A stretch of DNA of 64,000 nucleotides from positions 4,352,001 to 4,416,000 of the forward strand of contig CATQHZ020000001.1 of NCBI GenBank assembly GCA_958296135.2, written 5' to 3'. This document shows positions 31,553 to 40,023 of the stretch, in pieces; position 1 is the first letter of the stretch; each line of letters starts with the position of its first letter. The translations under genes and the position numbers were made by a program. This DNA comes from an uncultured Poribacteria bacterium. Lineage in GTDB: Bacteria > Poribacteria > WGA-4E > WGA-3G. The notes beneath the pieces were generated by a model. The model did no database searches, was not told the DNA's origin, and was given only the letters and a program-made list of their open reading frames with translations.

Positions 31553-32383
31553 ATGAACACATTTTCTCGTTTGACGCTCGCGATGGCGATGCTTTTCGCC
31601 CTCGCTGTCAGTTTCTCGCACTTCGCCACCGCGCAGGGCGTTGTGAACATTTCGGGCGGCCCACTCGCCGAAGACGCGCACCTGGAAGATCCGACAGAGG
31701 CCCCACTGAACGAAGACCACGCCGATGTTGAAACGTGGATTACCAAATGGTATGGACCTGAAGGTAACTACGAAGATAACGGCGGATTCCAAGCCTCGGC
31801 CGCCATTGATATCATGGATGAAGGCACCAGCGGTAAAATCACCGATGCCTCCCTCTCCACACTGGAAGGGCTGCTCCTCACGCAGACTACCGATGTCGTC
31901 TGGGGCGATGACCACGGCGGCACACGCGCCTGGACCGTCTTTGAAATCGACCCGGCCGATGGAGACAATATGAACCGCGGCGGCCCTGTTGATAACATCG
32001 AAACCTACGCCGTCATTGTTATCGATGCACCTAGTGACATGACCTCCGTGATGTCGCCCGCGCACGATGACCACGCGCACATCTGGATTAACGGCGAAAA
32101 ATGGTATAATAATTCCGCATGGACAGGTGCCGCGCAACAAGTCGACTTCAATGTCGAAGTTGAGCTGCAAAAAGGCGCGAACGTGCTGCTCTACCGGTGC
32201 GGTGAAAGCGGTGGCTCCGCCTACTTCAACCTGCACTTTGACGATGCAACGCACGACGCTGTCACCATCTACCCAAAGGACGCAACCGATAAGCAGAGTT
32301 TCTTTGATGAAATCACACCGCTTACCCCGGTTGAACCGAAAGGGAAGTTGACAACGACCTGGGCTGACATCAGACGCAAATAG
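31553..32383 (+). CDS. Secreted jelly-roll/PA14-like protein with C-terminal GKxTTTW motif (paralog 2)
   Basis: Highly similar to paralog 1; own TTGACA-17-TATAAT promoter; ends PVEPKGKLTTTWADIRRK. Confidence 0.85.
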   Translation: MNTFSRLTLAMAMLFALAVSFSHFATAQGVVNISGGPLAEDAHLEDPTEAPLNEDHADVETWITKWYGPEGNYEDNGGFQASAAIDIMDEGTSGKITDASLSTLEGLLLTQTTDVVWGDDHGGTRAWTVFEIDPADGDNMNRGGPVDNIETYAVIVIDAPSDMTSVMSPAHDDHAHIWINGEKWYNNSAWTGAAQQVDFNVEVELQKGANVLLYRCGESGGSAYFNLHFDDATHDAVTIYPKDATDKQSFFDEITPLTPVEPKGKLTTTWADIRRK

Positions 32384-32410
32384 CGCGTTCGTCCAGTACT
32401 CCCTCTTCCA

Positions 32411-32458
32411 AAGGCGGTTTGTAGCACAATCGCATGCGACAAGCCGCCTTCTTTTCTT
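32411..32458 (+). terminator. Intrinsic terminator
   Basis: AAGGCGGTTTGT...ACAAGCCGCCTT followed by CTTTTCTT. Confidence 0.7.
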
Positions 32459-32720
32459 CCCGCCTCAAAAACGCTCTGCCTACCGTAGGGCGAGGGCCCG
32501 GCGAGCGCGAATCGCCGAGGGTTCCTCTCGCCACACTACAAACTCACCCAAACTTTTTTCGCCTATTTCAACACCCACTTGGATTATCGCGGTTTCGCTC
32601 CAGCCGTCCAACACGAGGAACAGGCCCTCGCAATACGGACTAAAGGAGGTTCTTGGGACAATCAAAAGGATTCGTCACAATTCCTTGCAAATCGCATCGG
32701 TATCCTGTATAATAAATACC

Positions 32721-33323
32721 ATGTGGAAAAGTGCCCTCAAAATCTCATTCATCACAATATTCGCCCTCGCCCTCGGTGGATGGTTCGGAACCTGGTCCCG
32801 CGATATGCAGTCCGGTAACGAGGCCTATCGACGCGGCGACTATGACGCAGCATTGGCTGCCTTTCAGCAGGCAGTGCTCCAAAAGCCCGATAACCCCATC
32901 GCGCACCATAACCTCGGCACCGCGCTCTATCAGCAGGGAAAGTTTAAAGCGGCGGCGGCGGCGTTTCAGGTGTCGCTCCTCACGGGAGAACAGCGCGCTG
33001 AGACTTATTACAATCTAGGAAATGCACAATTCCGAGCCGGGGAACTCGGCAAAGCGATCGAATCTTATCGGCACGCGCTGCGGCTAACGCCGACGGATGC
33101 GGATGCAAAGCACAACCTCCAATTGGCACTCCAACTGATACAGAATCAGCAGAAAATGAGTGGACAGCAAAAGACAGGTAGGAGGGATACCCCGGTCCCG
33201 AAAGTTTCCCAATCCGAGGCGCGCCGATTATTGGAGCAGCTGCGCGAAAAGGAAAACAGCATCCGGCGCAAGTCATTGCAACGGCAATTCAAAAGCGGCT
33301 ATCGCCGGGAGAAGGATTGGTAA
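32721..33323 (+). CDS. TPR protein, BatC-like
   Basis: GNEAYRRGDY, HNLGTALY, YNLGNAQF, DAKHNL, C-terminal ARRLLEQL..EKDW. Confidence 0.85.
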   Translation: MWKSALKISFITIFALALGGWFGTWSRDMQSGNEAYRRGDYDAALAAFQQAVLQKPDNPIAHHNLGTALYQQGKFKAAAAAFQVSLLTGEQRAETYYNLGNAQFRAGELGKAIESYRHALRLTPTDADAKHNLQLALQLIQNQQKMSGQQKTGRRDTPVPKVSQSEARRLLEQLREKENSIRRKSLQRQFKSGYRREKDW

Positions 33324-33373
33324 TCGTTCTGTAAGGGCGGCTGTCTCTATCCGCCCGATACCTGACCAAAAAC

Positions 33374-35026
33374 ATGCAACGTTTCTCAACGCATCATCAA
33401 AAAATCATCTTCATCACTTTCGCGCTCTTCTCCCTCCTTGGCACCGGAAAAGCAGAAATTGATGTCTCCGCCATAGTCCAACCGCGAGACATCCAATTCA
33501 GCGAGAAAGCGACCTTGGAACTCATGATTTCGGGTAATACGCTCATCGAACATATCGATGCGCCGCGGTTCAATTTTCTGCCGGCGTTCCTAGCCGTGCC
33601 GACGCATTCTTCCACCACGCCGCGGCTGGAAGGCGATAAAATCGCTGTCTCCAAGGCCTGGTCCTACGAACTTATCCCACAGCAAGTGGGTGATTTCGCG
33701 CTCTCGGACATCCGCTTCTCTTACCAAGGCACGCCCTATTTTGCGAATCCCGGCTCCATTCGGGTGAGCGGCGAGGACACGTATCGGGATACCTCCACCG
33801 GCGGCATCCATCAAGTTGAGGCGCAGGTAACGCCATCGAACCCATATCTGAATCAGGCGGTGACGTATACGTTCCGGTATCTCTATACCACCGTGCTTCC
33901 CACGCTAGAATCGCCTACCGCCACGCTTCCCGATTTGTCAAACTTTTTAGTGGAAGCACTCCCATCGCCGCTGAACGAAACGAAGCACGTTCGCGGACAA
34001 ACGTTTCAGGTGCAGGCACAGGTGCGGCGGCTCTATCCCCAGAAAACGGGACGCATTGTCATTGAACCCGCGTCACTAATGCTACCGCTCAACAGCGGTC
34101 CAAAAACTTTGAAAACCGCGCCGCTCATTCTAACCGTCCGGCCACTGCCAGAACTCCCGGTAGGAGAGCCTTCCCGGTCTCGAAAATTTTCCGGTGCCAT
34201 CGGCGAATACCAAATCTCCGCACAAATCGACAAAACTCAAGTTAAAGTAGGAAGCGGCCTGACGTTGTCCGTGCGTCTCTCTGGACGCGGCAACATGCAA
34301 ACGGTCACCGCGCCTCAGATTCCAACGATACCGGGTGTCACCGTCACCGGTCCGACTCCTGGGGCAGGTTCTACTCCGGAGAGTTATGTCTACGCCTACG
34401 CGCTTGTGCCATCGCGAGAGGGGCCGCTACGCATCCCGGCGATTGGCTATACCTATTTCGCGCCGGAACTCGGCACCTACCAAACGACGCACACAGCACC
34501 GATCCCGTTCACCGTGCTCCCCAAACCGAGCGCGGTGGTTGATGTTGAACCCGATGGCGTGGCGTGGGGGCAGTGGTTAATCTTGATAGGGGTCCCCATG
34601 CTCGTTATCGGTTTAGCAGCGGGAGGCTACCTGTGGTATCGTCGCGCTGCAGGCGGGCGCGCGGACGCTGAAGAGCGCGACGCGCCTACCCCAGACCGGG
34701 AGGCACTCGCTGCCCTCAGCAAAATCTTAGAGAGTCGTGCAGATAACGCCACGGCGTTCGGGAACGCCATTGCCCAAGCACTCTATCAATATCTCAGTGA
34801 AACCTTAGGCATCTCGCTAGTCGGCGGATCTGCGAGCCCCGACGCAGTGCAAGCAGCTTGCGCGAACGCAGGACTCTCGGATGCCACTATTCAGGAAGTA
34901 GTCAATATCCTGTCGCAGTGCGATTACTATCGTTTTTCCCCTGCGCCGCTTCCCGTGGATGAACGACAAGCGTTAATCTCCCGCGCTGAGAAGGTAATTC
35001 GACAGATAGAAAATTTGAAAAAATAA
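33374..35026 (+). CDS. BatD-family protein
   Basis: Signal peptide, repeated Ig-like units (LIPQQVG, LYPQKTG, FSGAIG, SGRGN), TM helix, C-terminal CDYYRFSP; follows the BatC-like gene. Confidence 0.85.
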   Translation: MQRFSTHHQKIIFITFALFSLLGTGKAEIDVSAIVQPRDIQFSEKATLELMISGNTLIEHIDAPRFNFLPAFLAVPTHSSTTPRLEGDKIAVSKAWSYELIPQQVGDFALSDIRFSYQGTPYFANPGSIRVSGEDTYRDTSTGGIHQVEAQVTPSNPYLNQAVTYTFRYLYTTVLPTLESPTATLPDLSNFLVEALPSPLNETKHVRGQTFQVQAQVRRLYPQKTGRIVIEPASLMLPLNSGPKTLKTAPLILTVRPLPELPVGEPSRSRKFSGAIGEYQISAQIDKTQVKVGSGLTLSVRLSGRGNMQTVTAPQIPTIPGVTVTGPTPGAGSTPESYVYAYALVPSREGPLRIPAIGYTYFAPELGTYQTTHTAPIPFTVLPKPSAVVDVEPDGVAWGQWLILIGVPMLVIGLAAGGYLWYRRAAGGRADAEERDAPTPDREALAALSKILESRADNATAFGNAIAQALYQYLSETLGISLVGGSASPDAVQAACANAGLSDATIQEVVNILSQCDYYRFSPAPLPVDERQALISRAEKVIRQIENLKK

Positions 35027-35102
35027 GCATCTACCCTCGCCCTACAGAACTGAGCGAAGGTTGTGGAACTAACAATCAAACATAAGAAAGGAAACAAACA
35101 AA

Positions 35103-35609
35103 ATGGAAATCCTCTCACTCTTCGTCCTATGGTTACACGTCATCGCCGCGGTCGTCTGGATCGGCGGTAACCTCATCATTGCGATGGTAATCGTCCCTTA
35201 TTTTAGGAAGAGCCTTCCGCCTATCCAACGGGTTCAGATTTTGGCAGAGATAGGCAAACGGTTTGAGCCTGTCGTCTGGGGGTGTGTTGGCGTGCTATTC
35301 TTCACCGGTATCTTTAACATCTTTACGGCGGGTATTCTCACTGCGCCGCCGGAACTGATCGGCGCGTTTATGCGCACGCTGTTCATCAAACTGATGCTCT
35401 TCATCGTGCTAATTATCCTCACCGCGCTGCACGGCTTTGTCTTCGGCCCGAAGATGTCTGCCGCGATTGCGGGATTAGACATCAATCTTGAGGAACTTCC
35501 GCCGGAGGTTCAGCGGCTCCGTTCGCAAATGTCGGTAGTGTCCAGTTTGATGGGCGTTGTTTCGCTGCTGATTTTGTTGGCAGCAGTCGCGCTTCGGATG
35601 GGCATCTGA
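35103..35609 (+). CDS. CopD/DUF4149-like four-TM membrane protein
   Basis: WLHVIAAVVWIGG, FTGIFN, KL...H.F..GP. Confidence 0.75.
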   Translation: MEILSLFVLWLHVIAAVVWIGGNLIIAMVIVPYFRKSLPPIQRVQILAEIGKRFEPVVWGCVGVLFFTGIFNIFTAGILTAPPELIGAFMRTLFIKLMLFIVLIILTALHGFVFGPKMSAAIAGLDINLEELPPEVQRLRSQMSVVSSLMGVVSLLILLAAVALRMGI

Positions 35610-35777
35610 TTAAGTGTCCACTTAACCCGTAGGGCGAGGGCCGTCAAGGTCACGTCTACAGCAAACGTGCGTGTGTCGCCCCGCGAAAGCATGCTACCTT
35701 TAACGCTGTCATCTCTGCCGCCTCGCTGCAGAGATGTCCACTGTCCCTCGCCATGCTAAATCCTTACAGAGGACCTC

Positions 35778-36533
35778 ATGCGCATCCAAATCCTCGCCGA
35801 TGTAGGCGAAGGACTCACCATCCCGATTAACTACAACCATTGGCTCTCCGCGACTATCTACCACTTCCTCGCGCGCTCCGATGGAGCATACGCCCATTTT
35901 CTCCACAACGACGGCTACATCGTTGAGAAAAAACATTTCAAACTCTTCACCTTCTCGCAGCTTATGGCGCGCCAGCGATGCGTGCAGGGACAAACCATCC
36001 AGTTCCGATCAACTCTCGTCTGGTATGTCTCGTCGCCGATAGAACGGTTCTTAACCCATTTCGCCGACACGCTGCTGACCGAGGGGCGATTATTCGTCGG
36101 CCCGCATCGGCTCCAGATCCAAGATGTGAGAGTCCCGCGCGCACCTCACTTTACGTCGGAGATGCGCTTCCGCTGCCTATCACCGATTGTCATGTCCGCC
36201 TCCCGTAGAAGAGAGGGACAACCCTATTGCCACTACTGCACCCCCGACGATGCCGAGCTCCCCGAACTCATCCGAAAGAACCTCCACCGGAAGCACGAGG
36301 CAATCTACGGAAACCAACCGCCGCACGATGACCGGTTGTCCTTCCATTTCGATGCAGGCTATCTCCATCGGAAGCGCGGGCGCGTCACTCGTTTAGTGGA
36401 CTACAAAGGCATCAAGATCCGTGGGACGCTCTGTCCGTTTCGCGTCATCGGCAGTCCTGCGCTCATCCGCGTCGGTTACGAGTGTGGGTTTGGAGATAAA
36501 AACAGCGCGGGGTTTGGGATGGTGGAGATTTAA
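35778..36533 (+). CDS. cas6: CRISPR endoribonuclease Cas6
   Basis: IPINYNH, FLHNDGY, FKLFTFS, LSPIV, C-terminal GFGDKNSAGFGMV G-loop. Confidence 0.95.
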   Translation: MRIQILADVGEGLTIPINYNHWLSATIYHFLARSDGAYAHFLHNDGYIVEKKHFKLFTFSQLMARQRCVQGQTIQFRSTLVWYVSSPIERFLTHFADTLLTEGRLFVGPHRLQIQDVRVPRAPHFTSEMRFRCLSPIVMSASRRREGQPYCHYCTPDDAELPELIRKNLHRKHEAIYGNQPPHDDRLSFHFDAGYLHRKRGRVTRLVDYKGIKIRGTLCPFRVIGSPALIRVGYECGFGDKNSAGFGMVEI

Positions 36534-36545
36534 CGACCGGTTTTC

Positions 36546-36574
36546 TTGACATTTGTTAAGAAATCTGGTATTAT
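36546..36574 (+). promoter_or_regulatory. Sigma70 promoter between cas6 and cas8
   Basis: TTGACA-17-TATTAT followed by AAGGAGG RBS and GTG at 36598. Confidence 0.8.
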
Positions 36575-36597
36575 ATATAGTAAAGGAGGTGATTGAT

Positions 36598-38352
36598 GTG
36601 GCAGAAAAATTGGAATTGAATCTGGGAAAGTCACAGCCAACACAAACCAATCCTGAGTCGGCACCAATCCCACCCTTGGTGTTGGGCTTAACAGGCAATC
36701 CGTGGACAGACTTCGGCATCGTTAGTTTCTGTGAGGAACTGCGATTCGCGTCTTTCCTGGAAGACCTGAGGTTGACACCGCACGAGGCAATTATCACCGT
36801 TGATAATACCGATGATGAAACGGTTGGCGAGTGGCTAAACCAGATATTCCGGGAACGATGGAATCAACTCTATTGGTTGAGCCGCGGCGCAAAAATTCTT
36901 GAACACCGAACATTCATTTATGACGATGATGGTTTCGTTAATCAAGACCTGTCAAAAACGCAGACTACCGAAAGTGATCGCGCCCAGATTAAAGCGAAAT
37001 GGGCAAACAGTCCAGTTAAGGGGGAAATGTCCCTGACGCAGCAACGGTTTAACTTTATCGGGACCTCTCGCGATGCGAAGGGCCTCAGTGTCAAACAGCG
37101 AAATAACATCCAAGAGTTCATTCTAAATTGGAGGGAACCTGTCGGGAAGAAGGTTTGTGAAACTTCGGGCCGGCCATCTGCAGAACTAAAGAAATTGCTC
37201 CAGGTGGTTAACCCTTTTGCAAACAAGCATCATAACACGAAAGTCCGTGGTGCGCTTGCAAGTAGTGTTACCCCGGAAGTCGGTCCGCTCTACTATCTGA
37301 TTAACCTTTGCGCAACGCTTGATGAGGGTATTCCGTTTGTCTACGACCCGAGTAAGCAAGCAACCCGGCTAATCCTTCCGGAGATGCCAGACCTTGTGCT
37401 CTTAGCCAAAGTTTATGCTCGGTTGCGGGAAAACCTCAGAGACGACCTGAGGCAAAAGGAACTTTATCCTTATACCAACTTGCGCTTTAGACTGCAAATG
37501 TCTAACCGGTACGCGCTCGTGCTCGCGCTGTTTCATAACATCTTTTATGAGTTCACGCCTGACGAAGACCATGGGACTGAAGGCGGATGGGATTTTTGCC
37601 CCCTTGTAGAAGAATCTGGCGAAACAGCTAAACAACTGACGCGTTGGGTTGTTATCCCATTTACGAAAGATCAGGTTGTCAAATTTCAGAATTTCCATAC
37701 CGTTGTTGTCAACCATCGGTTATACGAATTCATTAAACCGATTGACTTCAAGCCTCAGGAAATTAAGTTGGTTACGGACATTCTAGCTCGGATGAAACCT
37801 AAACCGAGAGCACCGGACGGTGAAAACGCCCTCGGTCAATTGAGCGAAGCAATTGCGACAAGCAGCCCGTATCTCCTAAAGACTGCGCTGTTCAGTCTAT
37901 GGAAACATACGGATGCGGTTACTTTTGTGTTAAGCTGTGGGGCCCCACATCCGGTGCGGCTGCTTCAGCCTTTTATTACCCACTTCTTGGAGGTAAACCA
38001 AGTGCTAACCCCCGAATTGCGCGAAGATCTGCGCGCCTTGGGCACCACAATAGGGAATACTTTTCACGCGGATGTGACACTCATTAGTAAGGTGTTCAAC
38101 ATCTCAAGTGCGAGTGCATTCCGGGAAGCCCTGAATGTGGTGATGAACCGCTTATATAAAAAAAGCACAGACCCGAGAGTGAAAAAGCTTTTTCCTGTCA
38201 AGCAGGAGCGAGTCACTCGCATTTTGGATGGGTTGACAGACGAGCATTACAAGCAGATGGCTGAGACGCTTTCCACATACGTCAGCCTCGCCGCGTATAA
38301 CGCCAATGTTAGCCAATCCAAATCCGATAATGATGGAGGACAAAATGGCTGA
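36598..38352 (+). CDS. cas8: Divergent type I-B large subunit (Cas8b/Cst1-like)
   Basis: Lies between cas6 and cas7; LTGNPWTDFGI resembles the Cst1 N-terminal motif; helical C-terminus. Confidence 0.75.
   Translation: MAEKLELNLGKSQPTQTNPESAPIPPLVLGLTGNPWTDFGIVSFCEELRFASFLEDLRLTPHEAIITVDNTDDETVGEWLNQIFRERWNQLYWLSRGAKILEHRTFIYDDDGFVNQDLSKTQTTESDRAQIKAKWANSPVKGEMSLTQQRFNFIGTSRDAKGLSVKQRNNIQEFILNWREPVGKKVCETSGRPSAELKKLLQVVNPFANKHHNTKVRGALASSVTPEVGPLYYLINLCATLDEGIPFVYDPSKQATRLILPEMPDLVLLAKVYARLRENLRDDLRQKELYPYTNLRFRLQMSNRYALVLALFHNIFYEFTPDEDHGTEGGWDFCPLVEESGETAKQLTRWVVIPFTKDQVVKFQNFHTVVVNHRLYEFIKPIDFKPQEIKLVTDILARMKPKPRAPDGENALGQLSEAIATSSPYLLKTALFSLWKHTDAVTFVLSCGAPHPVRLLQPFITHFLEVNQVLTPELREDLRALGTTIGNTFHADVTLISKVFNISSASAFREALNVVMNRLYKKSTDPRVKKLFPVKQERVTRILDGLTDEHYKQMAETLSTYVSLAAYNANVSQSKSDNDGGQNG
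38002..38352 (+). CDS. cas11: Putative Cas11 small subunit translated from an internal in-frame start in cas8
   Basis: GGAGG at 37989-37993, 8 nt before an in-frame GTG at 38002; 116-aa helical product. Confidence 0.65.
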   Translation: MLTPELREDLRALGTTIGNTFHADVTLISKVFNISSASAFREALNVVMNRLYKKSTDPRVKKLFPVKQERVTRILDGLTDEHYKQMAETLSTYVSLAAYNANVSQSKSDNDGGQNG

Positions 38353-39295
38353 TACGACAACTGCCCTGAAAGGGGTTACAATAGTCTGGCTCAGCAAAAC
38401 CGACTTAAGCAACCTCAACGCTGGTGAAGGCGGCGGGGGCAACGTGACTGAACTGAAAACGTATGATAACGGCAGGAAACCTTACGCGTCCGGACAATCG
38501 GTTCGGCATGCGCTGCGTGAGGCAATTCATCGGAATAACCCCGGCGTATTCCTTTGTGTTCCTGAAACACCTTGCACGCAGGTAGCGGAATGCTGGCTCT
38601 GCGATCTGTTCGGTTTTCTCAATCCGAAATCTGGAGAAGGGTTTGACAGACGCTGGTCCCCGATTAAGGTTACGCCGGCACTCGGTCAAATTGCGAGCGA
38701 CATCGTCACAGACCTGCTCATTCGCATGAGCGACAAAGAGCGGGAGGATAAACAGACTTCAGACCAGCGGATCGCCTACGTCCAGATGATGGCGAACGTC
38801 TACCGCGTTGGGTTATCCCTTGATGTCGCGAACGTTGGCAAGGTTGTTGAGCCGCAATACGAAGGGAAGGGCAAAAACGCTGAGTTCAAAGGGTGGGAAA
38901 CTACCGTAGAAATCGGCCCGGAAGCGAAGGTTGAACGGGCAGTCGCCGTTTTAGATGCAATCGGCGGCATCGCTGACTTCGCGAAACAAGCACGCAACGC
39001 CGCTTCGCTCGCTCCCGACATTTTCCTTGCGTCAACGCACACCCGATACTCCCATCGCACCCTTAGGGCCCTGGAACTTGACAAAAAAGGCGAAGTGAAA
39101 ACCGACGTTCTTCAAGTCATCTTGCAAGATCTACGGGACGATGACGCGGAGATTTTCTGTGGTTTCACCCCAGGAGTTGTGCCAAACGACGACGCATTGA
39201 CGCAACTCCTAGAGGAATTTGGTGTTGAGATGGTCAATCCGATCCGCGCTTTGAAAAATCTCATCGCATCCGTGCGAGAGGCGCGGGTAGAGTAA
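38345..39295 (+). CDS. cas7: Cas7 (Cst2/DevR type)
   Basis: SNLNAGEG, PYASGQSVRHALRE, CDLFGF, RRWSPIKV. Confidence 0.9.
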   Translation: MADTTTALKGVTIVWLSKTDLSNLNAGEGGGGNVTELKTYDNGRKPYASGQSVRHALREAIHRNNPGVFLCVPETPCTQVAECWLCDLFGFLNPKSGEGFDRRWSPIKVTPALGQIASDIVTDLLIRMSDKEREDKQTSDQRIAYVQMMANVYRVGLSLDVANVGKVVEPQYEGKGKNAEFKGWETTVEIGPEAKVERAVAVLDAIGGIADFAKQARNAASLAPDIFLASTHTRYSHRTLRALELDKKGEVKTDVLQVILQDLRDDDAEIFCGFTPGVVPNDDALTQLLEEFGVEMVNPIRALKNLIASVREARVE

Positions 39296-39348
39296 CCCTA
39301 CCGGCGGCGGGGATCTGCGAGGATGCCCCGCCTTAAGGGGATTATGTC

Positions 39349-40023
39349 ATGGAAAAGATACTCACCTTTGGTGTCATCTGCCCTTTTTGGGCATCATTTC
39401 GCCACCCAAGTACAGTGAACGTTCATGTCACCTATCCTTTTCCGCCGCCTCCAACGCTTTACGGCATGCTGAATGCGGCAAGAGGCAAACCGCAAGACTG
39501 GAACAAGGACCGGGAGGACTGGCAACTTTCGCTCGTCGTGGAGTCCAACGGGGAATTTCTTGAAACCTTTAGCAAGATTTTGAAACCTGCCCGAGAGGAT
39601 TATCCGGTATTTGATCCGATGCGGACGATACTCATGCGCCAAAAGTTGGTAAAGGTTCACTACTCTATCTACCTCAAGGCCAAGGAACCGTTGCTCGTTG
39701 AGGCGCAGCATGCACTCCGCACGCCCCACTGGCCGCTCTACCTCGGCGAATCGGATGATGTGGTAGATATTATCAACCCGCGTCTTGTCCAAAGCCAACC
39801 GATGAACGTCCAGCAGGCGCACTCAATTATACCAGGGTTTGTAGAGGGGTGCCAATTGGTAAACGTGCCCTTCCGCTACACTGAGGCTACGAGAAAGCAG
39901 TGGCAGGTTGAACGGCAAATCTACTCTCTCCCGCCGGAGGGGAAAGCGGCCGCTTTAACCGAGCCTCGCTTAGCATATCCAATTGAAGGAAGGAACATCA
40001 TTTTTAATGGAAATTCTGGGTAA
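39349..40023 (+). CDS. cas5: Cas5
   Basis: WASFRHP..TYPFPPPPTLYGML, PLYLGESDD. Confidence 0.92.
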   Translation: MEKILTFGVICPFWASFRHPSTVNVHVTYPFPPPPTLYGMLNAARGKPQDWNKDREDWQLSLVVESNGEFLETFSKILKPAREDYPVFDPMRTILMRQKLVKVHYSIYLKAKEPLLVEAQHALRTPHWPLYLGESDDVVDIINPRLVQSQPMNVQQAHSIIPGFVEGCQLVNVPFRYTEATRKQWQVERQIYSLPPEGKAAALTEPRLAYPIEGRNIIFNGNSG

